A stretch of DNA of 64,000 nt from Actinomycetes bacterium (GCA_024637095.1 JAGXFV010000009.1:7549-71548); one strand, 5' to 3'; positions 38,234 to 47,913 are shown, counted from the stretch's first letter. The notes: a model not told the origin generated them from the sequence alone. A program made the numbers and translations.

Positions 38234-38698
38234 GTGACGATGGCACAGGCAACGGATATAACGACCGGCACCACCGCCTCCTGGGACGGGGAGGGACGCG
38301 TCAAAGTGGTCGGCATCCTCTGCAACTGGTGCAGCTACGCGGGCGCCGACGGCGCGGGCACTGCCCGGTTGCGCCAACCCTTCGACTTTCGCATCGTGCG
38401 GGTTCCCTGCACGGGCCGCATCGATCCTCTGCATATCCTAAAGGCCTTCGAGAAGGGCGCGGACGGGGTGCTGGTCAGCGGCTGCCATCCCGGCGACTGC
38501 CACTATGCGGAGGGCAACTACTACGCCCGGCGCAAGTTGGAATTGCTCGAACGCATGCTGCCGCAACTGGGCTTCGAGGCCGAGCGCTTCAAGTACACCT
38601 GGGTCTCTGCCTCGGAAGCCCAGCGCTGGCAACAGGTCGTCACCGAGTTCATTAAGGGCGTGGAGAAGCTCGGGCCGCGTGAGGGGAGGGCCCTGTGA
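38234..38698 (+). CDS. flxD: MvhD-like [2Fe-2S] subunit (FlxD)
   Basis: CNWCSYAGAD, VPCTGRIDP, SGCHPGDCHY, WVSASE. Confidence 0.92.
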   Translation: MTMAQATDITTGTTASWDGEGRVKVVGILCNWCSYAGADGAGTARLRQPFDFRIVRVPCTGRIDPLHILKAFEKGADGVLVSGCHPGDCHYAEGNYYARRKLELLERMLPQLGFEAERFKYTWVSASEAQRWQQVVTEFIKGVEKLGPREGRAL

Positions 38699-39684
38699 GC
38701 CCCGCCAACGGCAACTACGAAGCAGTAGAGCAGCGCATCCGCGAACTGGCGCGCGCGGCGCTCGAAGAGGGTCGCGTGGATTACTTCATCGGCTGGACCA
38801 CCGGCTACAACGAATCCGAGGTCATCCCCGGATTTGTGCGCAGCGCCGACAAGGTCGACGACCTGGTTTGGAATCCCCTGGCGGCCTACAACCTGACCAC
38901 CTTCCTCAAGCGCAAGATGCCCGACCCGCCCCAGGCCAAGATCGGCGTGGCGGTCAAGGGCTGCGACAGCCGCACCCTGGTCTCCCTTCTTCAGGAGAAC
39001 CTGGTCGATCGTGAACGCTTGTACGTGGTGGGCGTGCCCTGCGAAGGCATCGTCAACCGGCGGGCGGTCTCGAAAGTCTTCGCCAACGAGGTGGTCAAGA
39101 TCGAGGTCGCGGGCGATCAGATCAACGTCACCAACCAGGACGGCGAGACGAAGCAGTTGGCGCGCGAAGATTACCTACTGGACCACTGCCGCAGCTGCAA
39201 CTATCCCAATCCGCGCTACTTCGACGACCTGGCCGGCGAGGCCGTGCCTGAGCCCGAGGACCAGACCCCCATGTGGCGGGAGATCGAGGAGTTCGAGGCG
39301 CTGCCCGAGAAGGAGAAGGACCGGCTGATGGCCGAGGCCTTCGAGAAGTGCATCCGCTGCTACGCCTGCATCAACGCCTGTCCGGTCTGTTACTGCTGGG
39401 ACAACTGCGTCTGCCGTTCGCGTCAGCCCAAGCTGGTTGGCCAGAAGGTGAACGCGCAGGAGAACCTCATGTTCCAGATGGTGCACATGTTCCACGTGGC
39501 CGGGCGCTGCCCCAGTTGCGGCAATTGCGATCGGGCCTGCCCGGTGGAGATCCCGCTCTATCTGCTTCACCGCAAGATGAACAAGGAACTAAAGGAGATG
39601 CTGGACTTCGAGCCGGGAATCGACCTCGAGCAGAAGCCGGTCTTCCAGACATTTGACGTGAACGACCCCTTCGGCCAACACTAG
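38695..39684 (+). CDS. flxC: FlxC iron-sulfur subunit
   Basis: VKGCDSR, CIRCYACINACPVCYC, AGRCPSCGNCDRACP; position in hdr-flx cluster. Confidence 0.85.
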   Translation: MSPANGNYEAVEQRIRELARAALEEGRVDYFIGWTTGYNESEVIPGFVRSADKVDDLVWNPLAAYNLTTFLKRKMPDPPQAKIGVAVKGCDSRTLVSLLQENLVDRERLYVVGVPCEGIVNRRAVSKVFANEVVKIEVAGDQINVTNQDGETKQLAREDYLLDHCRSCNYPNPRYFDDLAGEAVPEPEDQTPMWREIEEFEALPEKEKDRLMAEAFEKCIRCYACINACPVCYCWDNCVCRSRQPKLVGQKVNAQENLMFQMVHMFHVAGRCPSCGNCDRACPVEIPLYLLHRKMNKELKEMLDFEPGIDLEQKPVFQTFDVNDPFGQH

Positions 39685-39697
39685 AAAGGAGGGCGGC

Positions 39698-40894
39698 GTG
39701 AAGTTCCTACCTCAGGATCAACTCGAGGCCTTCCTGTCGCACCTGGCGGAGTCGGCCATTGTGGTGGCCCCTCAGCGAGATCAGGACGGGGTGCTCTTCT
39801 TCCAGCCTTGGGAGGCGGGCGCCGAGGTGGAGTTCGAGCAGCTGCTCACTCGGCAGTCGCCCAAGGACTACGTCTTCCGGCAGACCGAGACCTACCTCAA
39901 GTTCGGCTACGAGATGAAGGGCAAGGCGGCGGCCGAAGAGGAAGAGGTCGGCAAGAAGTCCAAAGAGGGGGAGTTGGCGGCGGCCGAAGAGGCCCCCCCC
40001 GAAGGCGAAGAGCCGGCCCACGAGGTGCTCCAGGTGGAGGCCGTGGAAGATGCCCCCGAACAGGTGATCTTCGGTCTGCGCCCCTGTGACGCCCGCGGCT
40101 ACTACCAGATGGATCAGGTATTCGGTGGCTACGGCGGCTTCTACTACGACCCCTACTACATGGCGAAGCGCGAGGCTACCACCCTGGTGGCACTGACCTG
40201 CGCCCAGCCTTGGTCCACCTGCTTTTGCACGGCGGTCTACGGCAGCCCCAGCGGCACCGACGGGGTGGACCTGCTGCTGACCGGGATCGAGGGTGGCTTC
40301 ACCGCCGAAGCCGTGACCGAGCGCGGCGAAATGCTCCTGGGCTTTGGCGGTTTTACTGAGGTCGGGGACGGCCAGGCCGACGCGGCGCAAACCGTCAAGG
40401 ACGAGGCGTTCACCGCCATCGATCCGCCCTTTGAGATCGAAGGCGTGCCCCAGGGCCTGCGCGACAATTTCGAGGATCCCGCTTGGCACGACCTGCACAT
40501 GCGCTGCATCTCTTGCGGCACCTGCACCTACGTCTGTCCCAACTGCTACTGCTTCAACATCACCGACGAGATGGTGGAGAAGTCGGGCGAACGGGTGCGC
40601 ACTTGGGATAACTGCTTCAACCCGGGCTATACGCTCGAAACCTCGGGTCACAACCCGCGCGAGCAGAAGTTTGCCCGCTTCCGCAACCGCTTCAGCCACA
40701 AGTTCTCGTATTACCCCGAGAAGTACGACAGCCTGCTGTGCTCGGGCTGCGGTCGCTGCATCCGCTACTGCCCCACGAAGATCGATTTGCGCGAGGTGAT
40801 TCGCACACTGGGTCAGCCGCACCCGGACCAGGCGGCGCCCGCAGAGGACGGCGAGGCAGCTGGGGTCCACGCCCAGACTGGGGAGGACCTGTAG
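39698..40894 (+). CDS. flxB: FlxB (AsrA-like) iron-sulfur subunit
   Basis: FGLRPCD, CISCGTCTYVCPNCYCF, RTWDNC, CSGCGRCIRYCP. Confidence 0.87.
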   Translation: MKFLPQDQLEAFLSHLAESAIVVAPQRDQDGVLFFQPWEAGAEVEFEQLLTRQSPKDYVFRQTETYLKFGYEMKGKAAAEEEEVGKKSKEGELAAAEEAPPEGEEPAHEVLQVEAVEDAPEQVIFGLRPCDARGYYQMDQVFGGYGGFYYDPYYMAKREATTLVALTCAQPWSTCFCTAVYGSPSGTDGVDLLLTGIEGGFTAEAVTERGEMLLGFGGFTEVGDGQADAAQTVKDEAFTAIDPPFEIEGVPQGLRDNFEDPAWHDLHMRCISCGTCTYVCPNCYCFNITDEMVEKSGERVRTWDNCFNPGYTLETSGHNPREQKFARFRNRFSHKFSYYPEKYDSLLCSGCGRCIRYCPTKIDLREVIRTLGQPHPDQAAPAEDGEAAGVHAQTGEDL

Positions 40895-41968
40895 ATGGCG
40901 AAGAAACGCGACAAAACCCGGCCGACGAAGGACCAAGCGGCCCCGGCGGAAACCCAGAAGAAGGCTCGCACCCAGGACGCCACGGACCAGCCCGCCGGTA
41001 ACGGCGGCAATCACGTCGGCCGCCAGGCGCCGGAGATCCATAATCCGGTCAAGACGGGCGGCGTCCAGAGCGGCGGCCGCCAACGACTCACCCGCGACGA
41101 CATCAAGCCCGGTGCCACCATCGCCGCCGCGCGTAACGCGGCCGGCAATCCCTACTTGCCCGAGCCGGCCACCATCGTCGAGATCGTGCCGGAGACGCAC
41201 AACATCAAGTCATTCCGGGTGCGTTTCGACGATGACCAGGTGATGGAAAACTTCTCCTTCGCCCCGGGCCAGGTAGGCCAGTTGGGCATTTTCGGCGTAG
41301 GGGAGTCCACCTTCGCCATCAACTCCAGTCCCTCGAACAAGGACTACCTGCAATTCTCGGTGATGCGCACCGGCGAGGTGACCACCGCCCTGCACAATCT
41401 GAGCGTGGGCGACAAGGTGGGGGTGCGGGCCCCCATGGGCTGCGGCTTCCCCGTGGATGAGTGGAAGGGCAAGAAGATCTTCTACATCATGGGCGGGATC
41501 GGCTCCGCTGCCCTGCGCGCCACGATCCACTACACTTTGGAGCACCGCGCCGACTACGACGACATCACCATCCTCTACGGCGCCCGTTCCCCCGACGACC
41601 TCACCTATAAGTACGACATCGACGACTGGATGGCCCGCGACGACCTCAACGCGGTGATCACTATCGACCGCGAGGTGCCTGGCTGGGACAAGCGGGTGGG
41701 CTTTGTGCCCGCCGTGCTCGAAGAGGAGCAGCCGCGGCCCAAGGACACTATCGCCATCACGTGCGGCCCTCCCATCATGATCAAGTTCGTGCTGCAGAGC
41801 TTGGAGAAACTCCAGTTCACCGATGACCAGATCTACACGACGCTCGAGAAGCGGATGAAGTGCGGCATCGGCATCTGCGGCCGCTGCAACATGGGCCCCA
41901 GGTACGTCTGCGTGGACGGCCCGGTCTTCTCGATGGCCGAACTGCGGGAACTGCCCGACGAGATGTAA
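40895..41968 (+). CDS. flxA: FlxA (AsrB/PyrK-like) FAD/NAD-binding subunit
   Basis: GVGESTF, VRAPMG, GGIG, CGPPIM, EKRMKCGIGICGRC...CVDGPVF. Confidence 0.88.
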   Translation: MAKKRDKTRPTKDQAAPAETQKKARTQDATDQPAGNGGNHVGRQAPEIHNPVKTGGVQSGGRQRLTRDDIKPGATIAAARNAAGNPYLPEPATIVEIVPETHNIKSFRVRFDDDQVMENFSFAPGQVGQLGIFGVGESTFAINSSPSNKDYLQFSVMRTGEVTTALHNLSVGDKVGVRAPMGCGFPVDEWKGKKIFYIMGGIGSAALRATIHYTLEHRADYDDITILYGARSPDDLTYKYDIDDWMARDDLNAVITIDREVPGWDKRVGFVPAVLEEEQPRPKDTIAITCGPPIMIKFVLQSLEKLQFTDDQIYTTLEKRMKCGIGICGRCNMGPRYVCVDGPVFSMAELRELPDEM

Positions 41969-42115
41969 CAACGAGGCGGAGCCCGCGGTGACGGCTAAGA
42001 GGCCACATTGTTGGTAGAATGGCTACATCGACGATGGCGATCCACGATGGCGGGAAGCAGCAAAGCCGAGTGGCCCCTACGTCGCTCCGCCGGAGAAGGA
42101 TGAAAGCGGGATACC

Positions 42116-42397
42116 GTGCTCCAAGTCGGGATCAGGGAACTGAAGAACAACCTCAGCCGGCTTCTCGTCCGCGTGAAGGCCGGAGAGGAGATCTTGGTTA
42201 CGGATAGAGGACGGCCTGTCGCCCGGATCATCAGTGAACCCCAAGCGGAGAACTCCCTTCGCCGCGCACTGGCGCCTCTCGTCGAACGGGGCCTTGTCGT
42301 GCTTCCCGTAAAGACCGCCCCACAGGAGGAAGTGACGGCTCTGGACGCCCCCGGCGGCAGGCCGGTTTCGGAGATAGTTCTCGAGGCACGCCGGTAG
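42116..42397 (+). CDS. Phd/YefM-family antitoxin
   Basis: VGIRELKNNLSRLL..VKAGEEILVTDRGRPVARI. Confidence 0.9.
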   Translation: MLQVGIRELKNNLSRLLVRVKAGEEILVTDRGRPVARIISEPQAENSLRRALAPLVERGLVVLPVKTAPQEEVTALDAPGGRPVSEIVLEARR

Positions 42398-42412
42398 GGA
42401 GGCAATCCCGAT

Positions 42413-42853
42413 TTGATCCTCTACCTCGATACGAGTGCCTTGGTAAAGCGCTACGTGCGGGAGGATTACTCGGACGAAATCATCTCCATGTGGAAGACGG
42501 CCGACTACCTCGCCACCTCCTTCGTCGCACATGCGGAAGCCCTGGCCGCCTTTCATCGAAAGCGACGCGAGGACGATTTGCCGGGGGCCCTTTTCGACCG
42601 CCTCATCGGTCGCTTTCGGGAGGAGTGGGAGTCTCTCGTCCGAGTCGAGGTAAATGCCGGTCTCGAACCGTACGTTCTCGAGCTTAGCGAACGGCATAGC
42701 CTGAGGGGCTTCGATCTCATCCACCTGGCTTCGGCCGTCGTGCTTCACGAGAGGGTATGTCGAGAGGCCAATGACACCCTCGTGTTCGCCTGCTTAGACC
42801 AGACTCTCGCCGGTGCCGCGCGGGCGGAAGGCATGGCGGTCTTTCCGGGTTGA
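42413..42853 (+). CDS. vapC: VapC/PIN toxin
   Basis: LYLDTSALVKRY, LRGFDLIHLASA, D..L..AA..EG. Confidence 0.9.
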   Translation: MILYLDTSALVKRYVREDYSDEIISMWKTADYLATSFVAHAEALAAFHRKRREDDLPGALFDRLIGRFREEWESLVRVEVNAGLEPYVLELSERHSLRGFDLIHLASAVVLHERVCREANDTLVFACLDQTLAGAARAEGMAVFPG

Positions 42854-42867
42854 GCGAGGATATGGCC

Positions 42868-44292
42868 CTACCGCCCCGCGTAGGTCTGGGCCAGCACCCG
42901 CTCCACGAGCACCCGCTCGAGTTCTTCCGGTTGCTCGGTGACGACGTTGTGGCCGCTTTGCTCGAACCAGTGGAACTCCTTGTGGGGAGCTTCTAGGCCC
43001 TCGTAGTAGTCCTCGGTCAGCGTCTGGAAGGCGTTCAGATCGTGGCGGCCGGCCAGGAAGTAGGCGGGGACCTCGAGGTCGGTGACATCCTCGCGGAAGT
43101 CGACCTCGTAGAGCTGGGGATAGACCTCGTTGAAGGTCGAGTAGAGTGCCCAGGCCTGTCCGACGGTGTCGATGAAGCCGTACTCCGGGGCGAGCGGGTT
43201 GTCGATCGCCATGTTATGCCCCCGGACGTCCCAGGGTCCCATGGCCTCGGTGGCCTCCATGGACATGGGCATCATTTGCAGGGTGGGATCGTCGTGGTAG
43301 GGCGGAGGGCCGTTCTTCTCGAGCTTGGCAGCGGTCGCGGTGTCACCCGTATCCCGGGCATGGTCGAGCACCGCTTGGTACATCATCAGATCGTTCTCCA
43401 CAAAAGCCACCATCTGGTCCGCCCCGATGTAGGCGTGGAAGAGCTCGGGATGCTCATCGACCAGCCAGAGACCGAGGGCACTGCCCCAGGAATCGCCCAG
43501 CACGTAGATCTTCTCCTCATCGAAGCGGGCGCGCAGCTCGTTGGTCAGTTCGAGGGCGTGCTCTCGATAGACCTCGGGGGTGAGGTCGTCGGTGTCCATG
43601 GCGTTCCAGGACTTGCCCGCACCGGGTTGGTCCCAATTGATGACGACGAAATGCTCCTCCAGGGCGCGGCCGGTGTCTTCGTATCGGGTCTTGACCAGCT
43701 CGCTGCCCCCTGGGCCTCCCGCCAGAAAGAGGAGCACGGGATTGTCCGGGCTCTGGCCGCGGATGGTGAGGTATTGGGTCGTGCCGCCAAGCTCGATCTT
43801 CTCCAGGGAGGCAATGCCGTCGGCGATTTCGTCGCCGGTGGCGTCTCGGACCGAGGGCGCGTAGGTCAGCTGGTCGTTGGCGAGGGCCGCGATGATGAAC
43901 CCGGCCAGGAGGAAGAGGGCAGTGAATGCCACCCTGTTCGCCCGGGCGTGCCAGCGGCGGCGGCTGGGTCGGGCGGCGGGGATGGCTGCGACCGCACCCG
44001 TGACGGCCGCCAGACCGAGTGTCGCGAGTGTGGTTACCAGGAATCCGGCGAGCAGCGCGACTATGACGCCGAGCTCCACGTAGACCGTCGCGCCTGTAGG
44101 CATCAGGAGCGGGCGCAGCACGACGAGGTAGAGCAGGCCAAGGCCGGCTCCTGCCCCAGCCGTTGCGAAGTACGGACGGCGGAGCCAGGATCGCAGCCGG
44201 TCAACGGTCGTCTTGGTAGTGGCAGCCTCGTCGCCGGTTTGTGTGGCCCGTTCCATGGGTCCTCCCGTCCTGGTTACCGTCTCTGGGTCCAT
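42868..44292 (-). CDS. membrane-anchored alpha/beta hydrolase (proline iminopeptidase-like)
   Basis: Three N-terminal TMs, LFLAGGPGGS, WDQPGAGKS, GDSWG, GRHD, SGH. Confidence 0.85.
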   Translation of the reverse strand: MDPETVTRTGGPMERATQTGDEAATTKTTVDRLRSWLRRPYFATAGAGAGLGLLYLVVLRPLLMPTGATVYVELGVIVALLAGFLVTTLATLGLAAVTGAVAAIPAARPSRRRWHARANRVAFTALFLLAGFIIAALANDQLTYAPSVRDATGDEIADGIASLEKIELGGTTQYLTIRGQSPDNPVLLFLAGGPGGSELVKTRYEDTGRALEEHFVVINWDQPGAGKSWNAMDTDDLTPEVYREHALELTNELRARFDEEKIYVLGDSWGSALGLWLVDEHPELFHAYIGADQMVAFVENDLMMYQAVLDHARDTGDTATAAKLEKNGPPPYHDDPTLQMMPMSMEATEAMGPWDVRGHNMAIDNPLAPEYGFIDTVGQAWALYSTFNEVYPQLYEVDFREDVTDLEVPAYFLAGRHDLNAFQTLTEDYYEGLEAPHKEFHWFEQSGHNVVTEQPEELERVLVERVLAQTYAGR

Positions 44293-44527
44293 GGTAGGGA
44301 ACCGAAGTCGCTGTGGAATCAGGCAGACGCAGGGTCTCGGGACTGGTGTGGCGCACAGTTCCCACCTGGTCAGTTGCAGAGGGTCAAAGCTGGGCGCGCC
44401 GGTATTTCACGTTTACGGTGACGAGAAAATCGTCGCCACCAAGCAAGTCGGATTGGAATTGCATAGCATGAGACCGGCGTTCATCCGGAGATGAAGGGCT
44501 AGCGGCAACCGGTGGAGGACCTACGAC

Positions 44528-45268
44528 GTGACGCTCCCAAACAAACAGTCTGCGCAGATCTCCGGTTCGACCATCGAGTACGTCCGTGGGGGCAGCGGGA
44601 CTCCCCCGATCGTGCTACTGAATGGGGCGGGCACACCGGTCGAGGGATGGGCCAGGGTCTGGGATCCCCTCGTGGAGTTGAGCACGGTTTTCGCCTACAA
44701 CCGGTTCGGGGTGGGCGGGAGCGGGAAGCCGCCCGAGCCGCAAACCGGGGAGGCGGTCGTCGCGGGCCTGCGAGAGTTGTTGGCTGTTGCGCACGTCCCG
44801 TCGCCTTGCGTGCTCGTGGGACACTCGCTCGGAGGTCTGTTGGCCAACCTATTTGCGCGCCTCCATCCCGCAGAGGTGGCGGGCGTTGTGTTAGTGGAGG
44901 CCACCTCCCCCATGGACATCTCCCTCGTGGAGGATTACGGCTCGGCGACCCACCGGTTTCTCCAAAGAGCGGTGGATCTCTTGCCCGGTCCGGGAGAGCA
45001 GTCCGCCGTGGCGCACATGGCGGATACCGCAAAGAGCATCACCGAGGCGGGAGGGTTCCCGGCCGTCCCCCTGGCGGTAGTCAGCGGGGGGAAGCATTCG
45101 CCGATGATGCCCCGGGCTTTTCGGAATGTGTGGGCCTATCGCCAGTCCCAACTGGTAGCCCTCTCACCGCAAGGGAGGCACATCGTCGCCCGGCGAAGCG
45201 GGCATTTTCCTCAAGTCACCGAGCCTGAGCTCGTTGTCGACGCGATCCGCTTGGTATGCGAAGGATGA
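44528..45268 (+). CDS. alpha/beta hydrolase
   Basis: YNRFGVGGS, GHSLGG, SGHF. Confidence 0.85.
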   Translation: MTLPNKQSAQISGSTIEYVRGGSGTPPIVLLNGAGTPVEGWARVWDPLVELSTVFAYNRFGVGGSGKPPEPQTGEAVVAGLRELLAVAHVPSPCVLVGHSLGGLLANLFARLHPAEVAGVVLVEATSPMDISLVEDYGSATHRFLQRAVDLLPGPGEQSAVAHMADTAKSITEAGGFPAVPLAVVSGGKHSPMMPRAFRNVWAYRQSQLVALSPQGRHIVARRSGHFPQVTEPELVVDAIRLVCEG

Positions 45269-45751
45269 CCGGTTCCGACTCGATGCGGGTTCACCGCTTG
45301 CGCTCGGCGGATGCGCGGGCGCTACGACAGCTTCTCGCCGTCTTTGCCGCGGCGTTCGAGGACGAGGCGACCTACCGCGACGCCCAGCCAAGCGCGGCCT
45401 ATCTAACGCGCCTGCTTGCCGGCGACTGCTTCATCGCCTTCGTGGCCGAAGATGCCGGACGGGTGGTCGGGGGTCTCACGGCCTACGTTCTTCAAAAGCC
45501 CGAGCAGGAGCGCAGCGAGGTCTATCTCTACGACCTGGCGGTCGACTTCTCGGCACCGGCGTCGGGGTATCGCCACGGCTCTTATCGAGGCGCTCCGTCT
45601 TCTCGCTGAGGAACGGGGAGCCTGGGCGGTGTTCGTGCAGGCCGATTGGGGTGATGAGCCCGCGATCGCGCTGTACTCCAAGCTCGGCGTGCGGGAGGAT
45701 GTACACCACTTCGACATTCCCCTCGGGAGGAGTAACCGCCACTGGGGTTGA
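45265..45751 (+). pseudogene. frameshifted AAC(3)-I-family aminoglycoside N-acetyltransferase
   Basis: Frame A ends ...[12 protein letters not shown], frame B continues [14 protein letters not shown]...[30 protein letters not shown]; one extra base near 45547. Confidence 0.8.
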
Positions 45752-45981
45752 TCACCAAACCGCGAAGAAAAGTACGGTTCCTCCTGTTATTCGATCGACA
45801 TCACCGTCGCGGGTTTCGACAGGCGTCCGTTGGCCGGAGCGCACAGGAATGCCAGGGCACGTATCTGGCTGATCGATGATAGCGGCGCCGTTACGGTGAC
45901 CACCCTCGGCAGGCTGTTGGAAGCTGACAGGAAGCAGGCAATCGGTTGGCTCGAAGGCAAAAGAACGGTGGGCCCTCGTCC

Positions 45982-46269
45982 CTAGCCGGTCAGGTCGCTC
46001 TTTCTATCCAGGAACTCCTGGCGGTCTATCTCCCCACGCGCGTATCGTTCTTCTAGGACATCGAGCGCGCTCGCCTGACGCTCAGAAGGTGGCCGGTCTT
46101 CGCCCTCCCGATAGCGGGTCGCTTCGCTCCCGCGGTTCTGGTTGCTCAGCGAACGCACGACCAGAACTACCCCGACGACGATGATCACCCCGAAGAGCAC
46201 CATGACGAGAAGACCGACCCAGCCAAAACCCGAACCAAAGCCGTTGTCCCAGTGCCATCCGCCCATCAT
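45982..46269 (-). CDS. SHOCT-domain membrane protein
   Basis: MMGGWHW..G, TM helix, ALDVLEERYARGEIDRQEF; RBS GGAGG. Confidence 0.85.
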   Translation of the reverse strand: MMGGWHWDNGFGSGFGWVGLLVMVLFGVIIVVGVVLVVRSLSNQNRGSEATRYREGEDRPPSERQASALDVLEERYARGEIDRQEFLDRKSDLTG

Positions 46270-46279
46270 AGTCTGCCTC

Positions 46280-46846
46280 CTATTCGGAGAGTTGCTGTAA
46301 GTAGTCAACGAGCTCGTCGACCTCGTCGGCGGAAACGTCCCAACGGGGCATGACGCGTTCGAGTTCCTCGCCCCCGGGGGTCTCGCCCTCGCGAAGCGCC
46401 GTAGAGAAGCTCTCGCGGTCGTAGGGCTCGTGGGGGTGTGCCTCGGTGGCGCTGGAACTCCCCGTTCCCGTACCCTCTTCCTCGGGCTCGGCCAAGGTGC
46501 TCCAGCGGATGTCGGGCGCATCGATATCGAACATCATCATCCGGATTTCGCGGCCTTGACCGTCCTTGCCGTGACAGTCGACGCAGGCGACGACCCCCAT
46601 CATGCCGCCGAAGCCGCCCGAACGGGCAATGAGGCGCCCGTCGGCGGCCCGGCCGGTCAAGAAGATCTGCTCGCCGAGGGATGCGAAGTCGCCCTCGCGC
46701 ACGTCTGCATCGCGGTCGAAGAACGACGAGGAGTCGAAAGAGCCGTCGGAACCGGCCAGCCCCAGAAAGACGAAAAACCCGAGGAATCCGACGACGATTA
46801 GGCTGATGCCCCACCAGAGCGCCGGACTTGTCTTGCCTTGAGCCAT
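46280..46846 (-). CDS. membrane-anchored monoheme cytochrome c
   Basis: N-terminal TM, GEQIF, CVDCHG.DG.G, distal Met in VMPRW. Confidence 0.82.
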   Translation of the reverse strand: MAQGKTSPALWWGISLIVVGFLGFFVFLGLAGSDGSFDSSSFFDRDADVREGDFASLGEQIFLTGRAADGRLIARSGGFGGMMGVVACVDCHGKDGQGREIRMMMFDIDAPDIRWSTLAEPEEEGTGTGSSSATEAHPHEPYDRESFSTALREGETPGGEELERVMPRWDVSADEVDELVDYLQQLSE

Positions 46847-46920
46847 GGGGAGAGCTTACCCGCCGTCATTGCGGCGAAACAGAAGGGCAAGGCAGGTGGT
46901 GTGGCACTCTTCCCCACGCC

Positions 46921-46977
46921 TTTCGCAGGCCGGCGCACCCCGGCGACTATTTCGCAGGCCGGCGCACCGCGGCGACT
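46921..46977. repeat. tandem 28-bp direct repeat, 2 copies
   Basis: TTTCGCAGGCCGGCGCACC(C/G)CGGCGACT at 46921 and 46950. Confidence 0.9.
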
Positions 46978-46996
46978 GACTTGTAGACTGACTGTT

Positions 46997-47212
46997 TTAG
47001 CGCTCGAGGTCGGCGCGGTGCTCACGGTACTGCTCTGCGTCGATTACACCGCGGGCGTACCGCTCATCGAGCAGGGCCCTGGCGTCCGGCCGGGTCGCCG
47101 CGGATGCGTGGGATTGCTGGGTACTATCGTCCCGATCGCGCTGCGACTGAACGAACCACCAGACGAGTCCGATGATGAGCAACGGCCAGAGAAGCATTCC
47201 ACCAAACATCAT
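46997..47212 (-). CDS. SHOCT-domain small membrane protein
   Basis: TM then ARALLDERYARGVIDAEQY; RBS AGGAGG. Confidence 0.82.
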   Translation of the reverse strand: MMFGGMLLWPLLIIGLVWWFVQSQRDRDDSTQQSHASAATRPDARALLDERYARGVIDAEQYREHRADLER

Positions 47213-47315
47213 GCTGTCGATACCTCCTACTACCCTCGGCGCCGTAAGGCTCCGGCGGGTTATATGCTAAAGAACTGCTGTTTGCTTAGTCTATTCCCCC
47301 TATACAAAGTTGAAG

Positions 47316-47365
47316 TAAAGGTGGGGTGGGATTCGAGACCCTTTAAAGGTGGGGTAGGATTCGAG
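47316..47365. repeat. 22-bp direct repeat, 2 copies, 28-bp period
   Basis: TAAAGGTGGGGT(G/A)GGATTCGAG at 47316 and 47344 in the divergent intergenic region. Confidence 0.9.
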
Positions 47366-47436
47366 TCTCGCGGACCTGGACATCGACCCGGGTGAGCGGG
47401 GCCGGCGGCCGGCCGTCGCGGTGGTACCCTGGAGGG

Positions 47437-47913
47437 GTGGACACGTCGGTTGCCAGGGAGTCCTTTATCGAGGGCCTCGAGCGTTTCTTCGCCGAGCGCT
47501 CGGACGTCGCTGCGGCCTACCTCTTCGGGTCGGCGGTGGGCGACCGGTTTGGCCCCATGAGCGACGTTGACATCGCGGTGCTCGCGACAGGCGACATAGC
47601 GGGCGCTGAGTCACCGGACTCACCCGACCCGGTTCCGCCTGAACTGACCGACCTGCAGTTGGAGCTCGCCGGGCGGCTGCCGAGCCTCGTCGGAGGCCGG
47701 TGCGTGGACGTCTTGATGCTCAACCGCGCTCCCGTCCGGGTTGCCTTCCCCGCGGTGCACGAAGGGCGCTTGTTGAGTGGGTCCGACCGCCCAGAAAGGG
47801 TGCTCTTCGAGGTCGACCTGCTGCGTCGGTACACCGACTATCGGCCGGTGATTCGCGAGTATCAGTCAGCACTTCGGGCACGCATCAAACGGGGCGAGTT
47901 CTTTGGTCGCTGA
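47437..47913 (+). CDS. MNT nucleotidyltransferase antitoxin (MntA-like)
   Basis: AYLFGS-x10-DVDIAV (GSX10DXD), VDVLMLN. Confidence 0.88.
   Translation: MDTSVARESFIEGLERFFAERSDVAAAYLFGSAVGDRFGPMSDVDIAVLATGDIAGAESPDSPDPVPPELTDLQLELAGRLPSLVGGRCVDVLMLNRAPVRVAFPAVHEGRLLSGSDRPERVLFEVDLLRRYTDYRPVIREYQSALRARIKRGEFFGR

Noticed and set aside
36241-38698. Selenocysteine in HdrA or MvhD/FlxD
   Set aside because: Both frames are uninterrupted and have Cys at the usual Sec positions
45752-45981. Possible gene remnant after the AAC(3)-I pseudogene
   Set aside because: Short open stretch (ARIWLIDDSG...) with no convincing start or recognisable family
46921-47365. Short direct repeats as a CRISPR array
   Set aside because: Only two copies each, essentially no spacers, two different sequences, no cas genes
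47316-47365. tRNA gene on the minus strand
   Set aside because: Only a T-loop-like fragment; no D arm, anticodon arm or full cloverleaf
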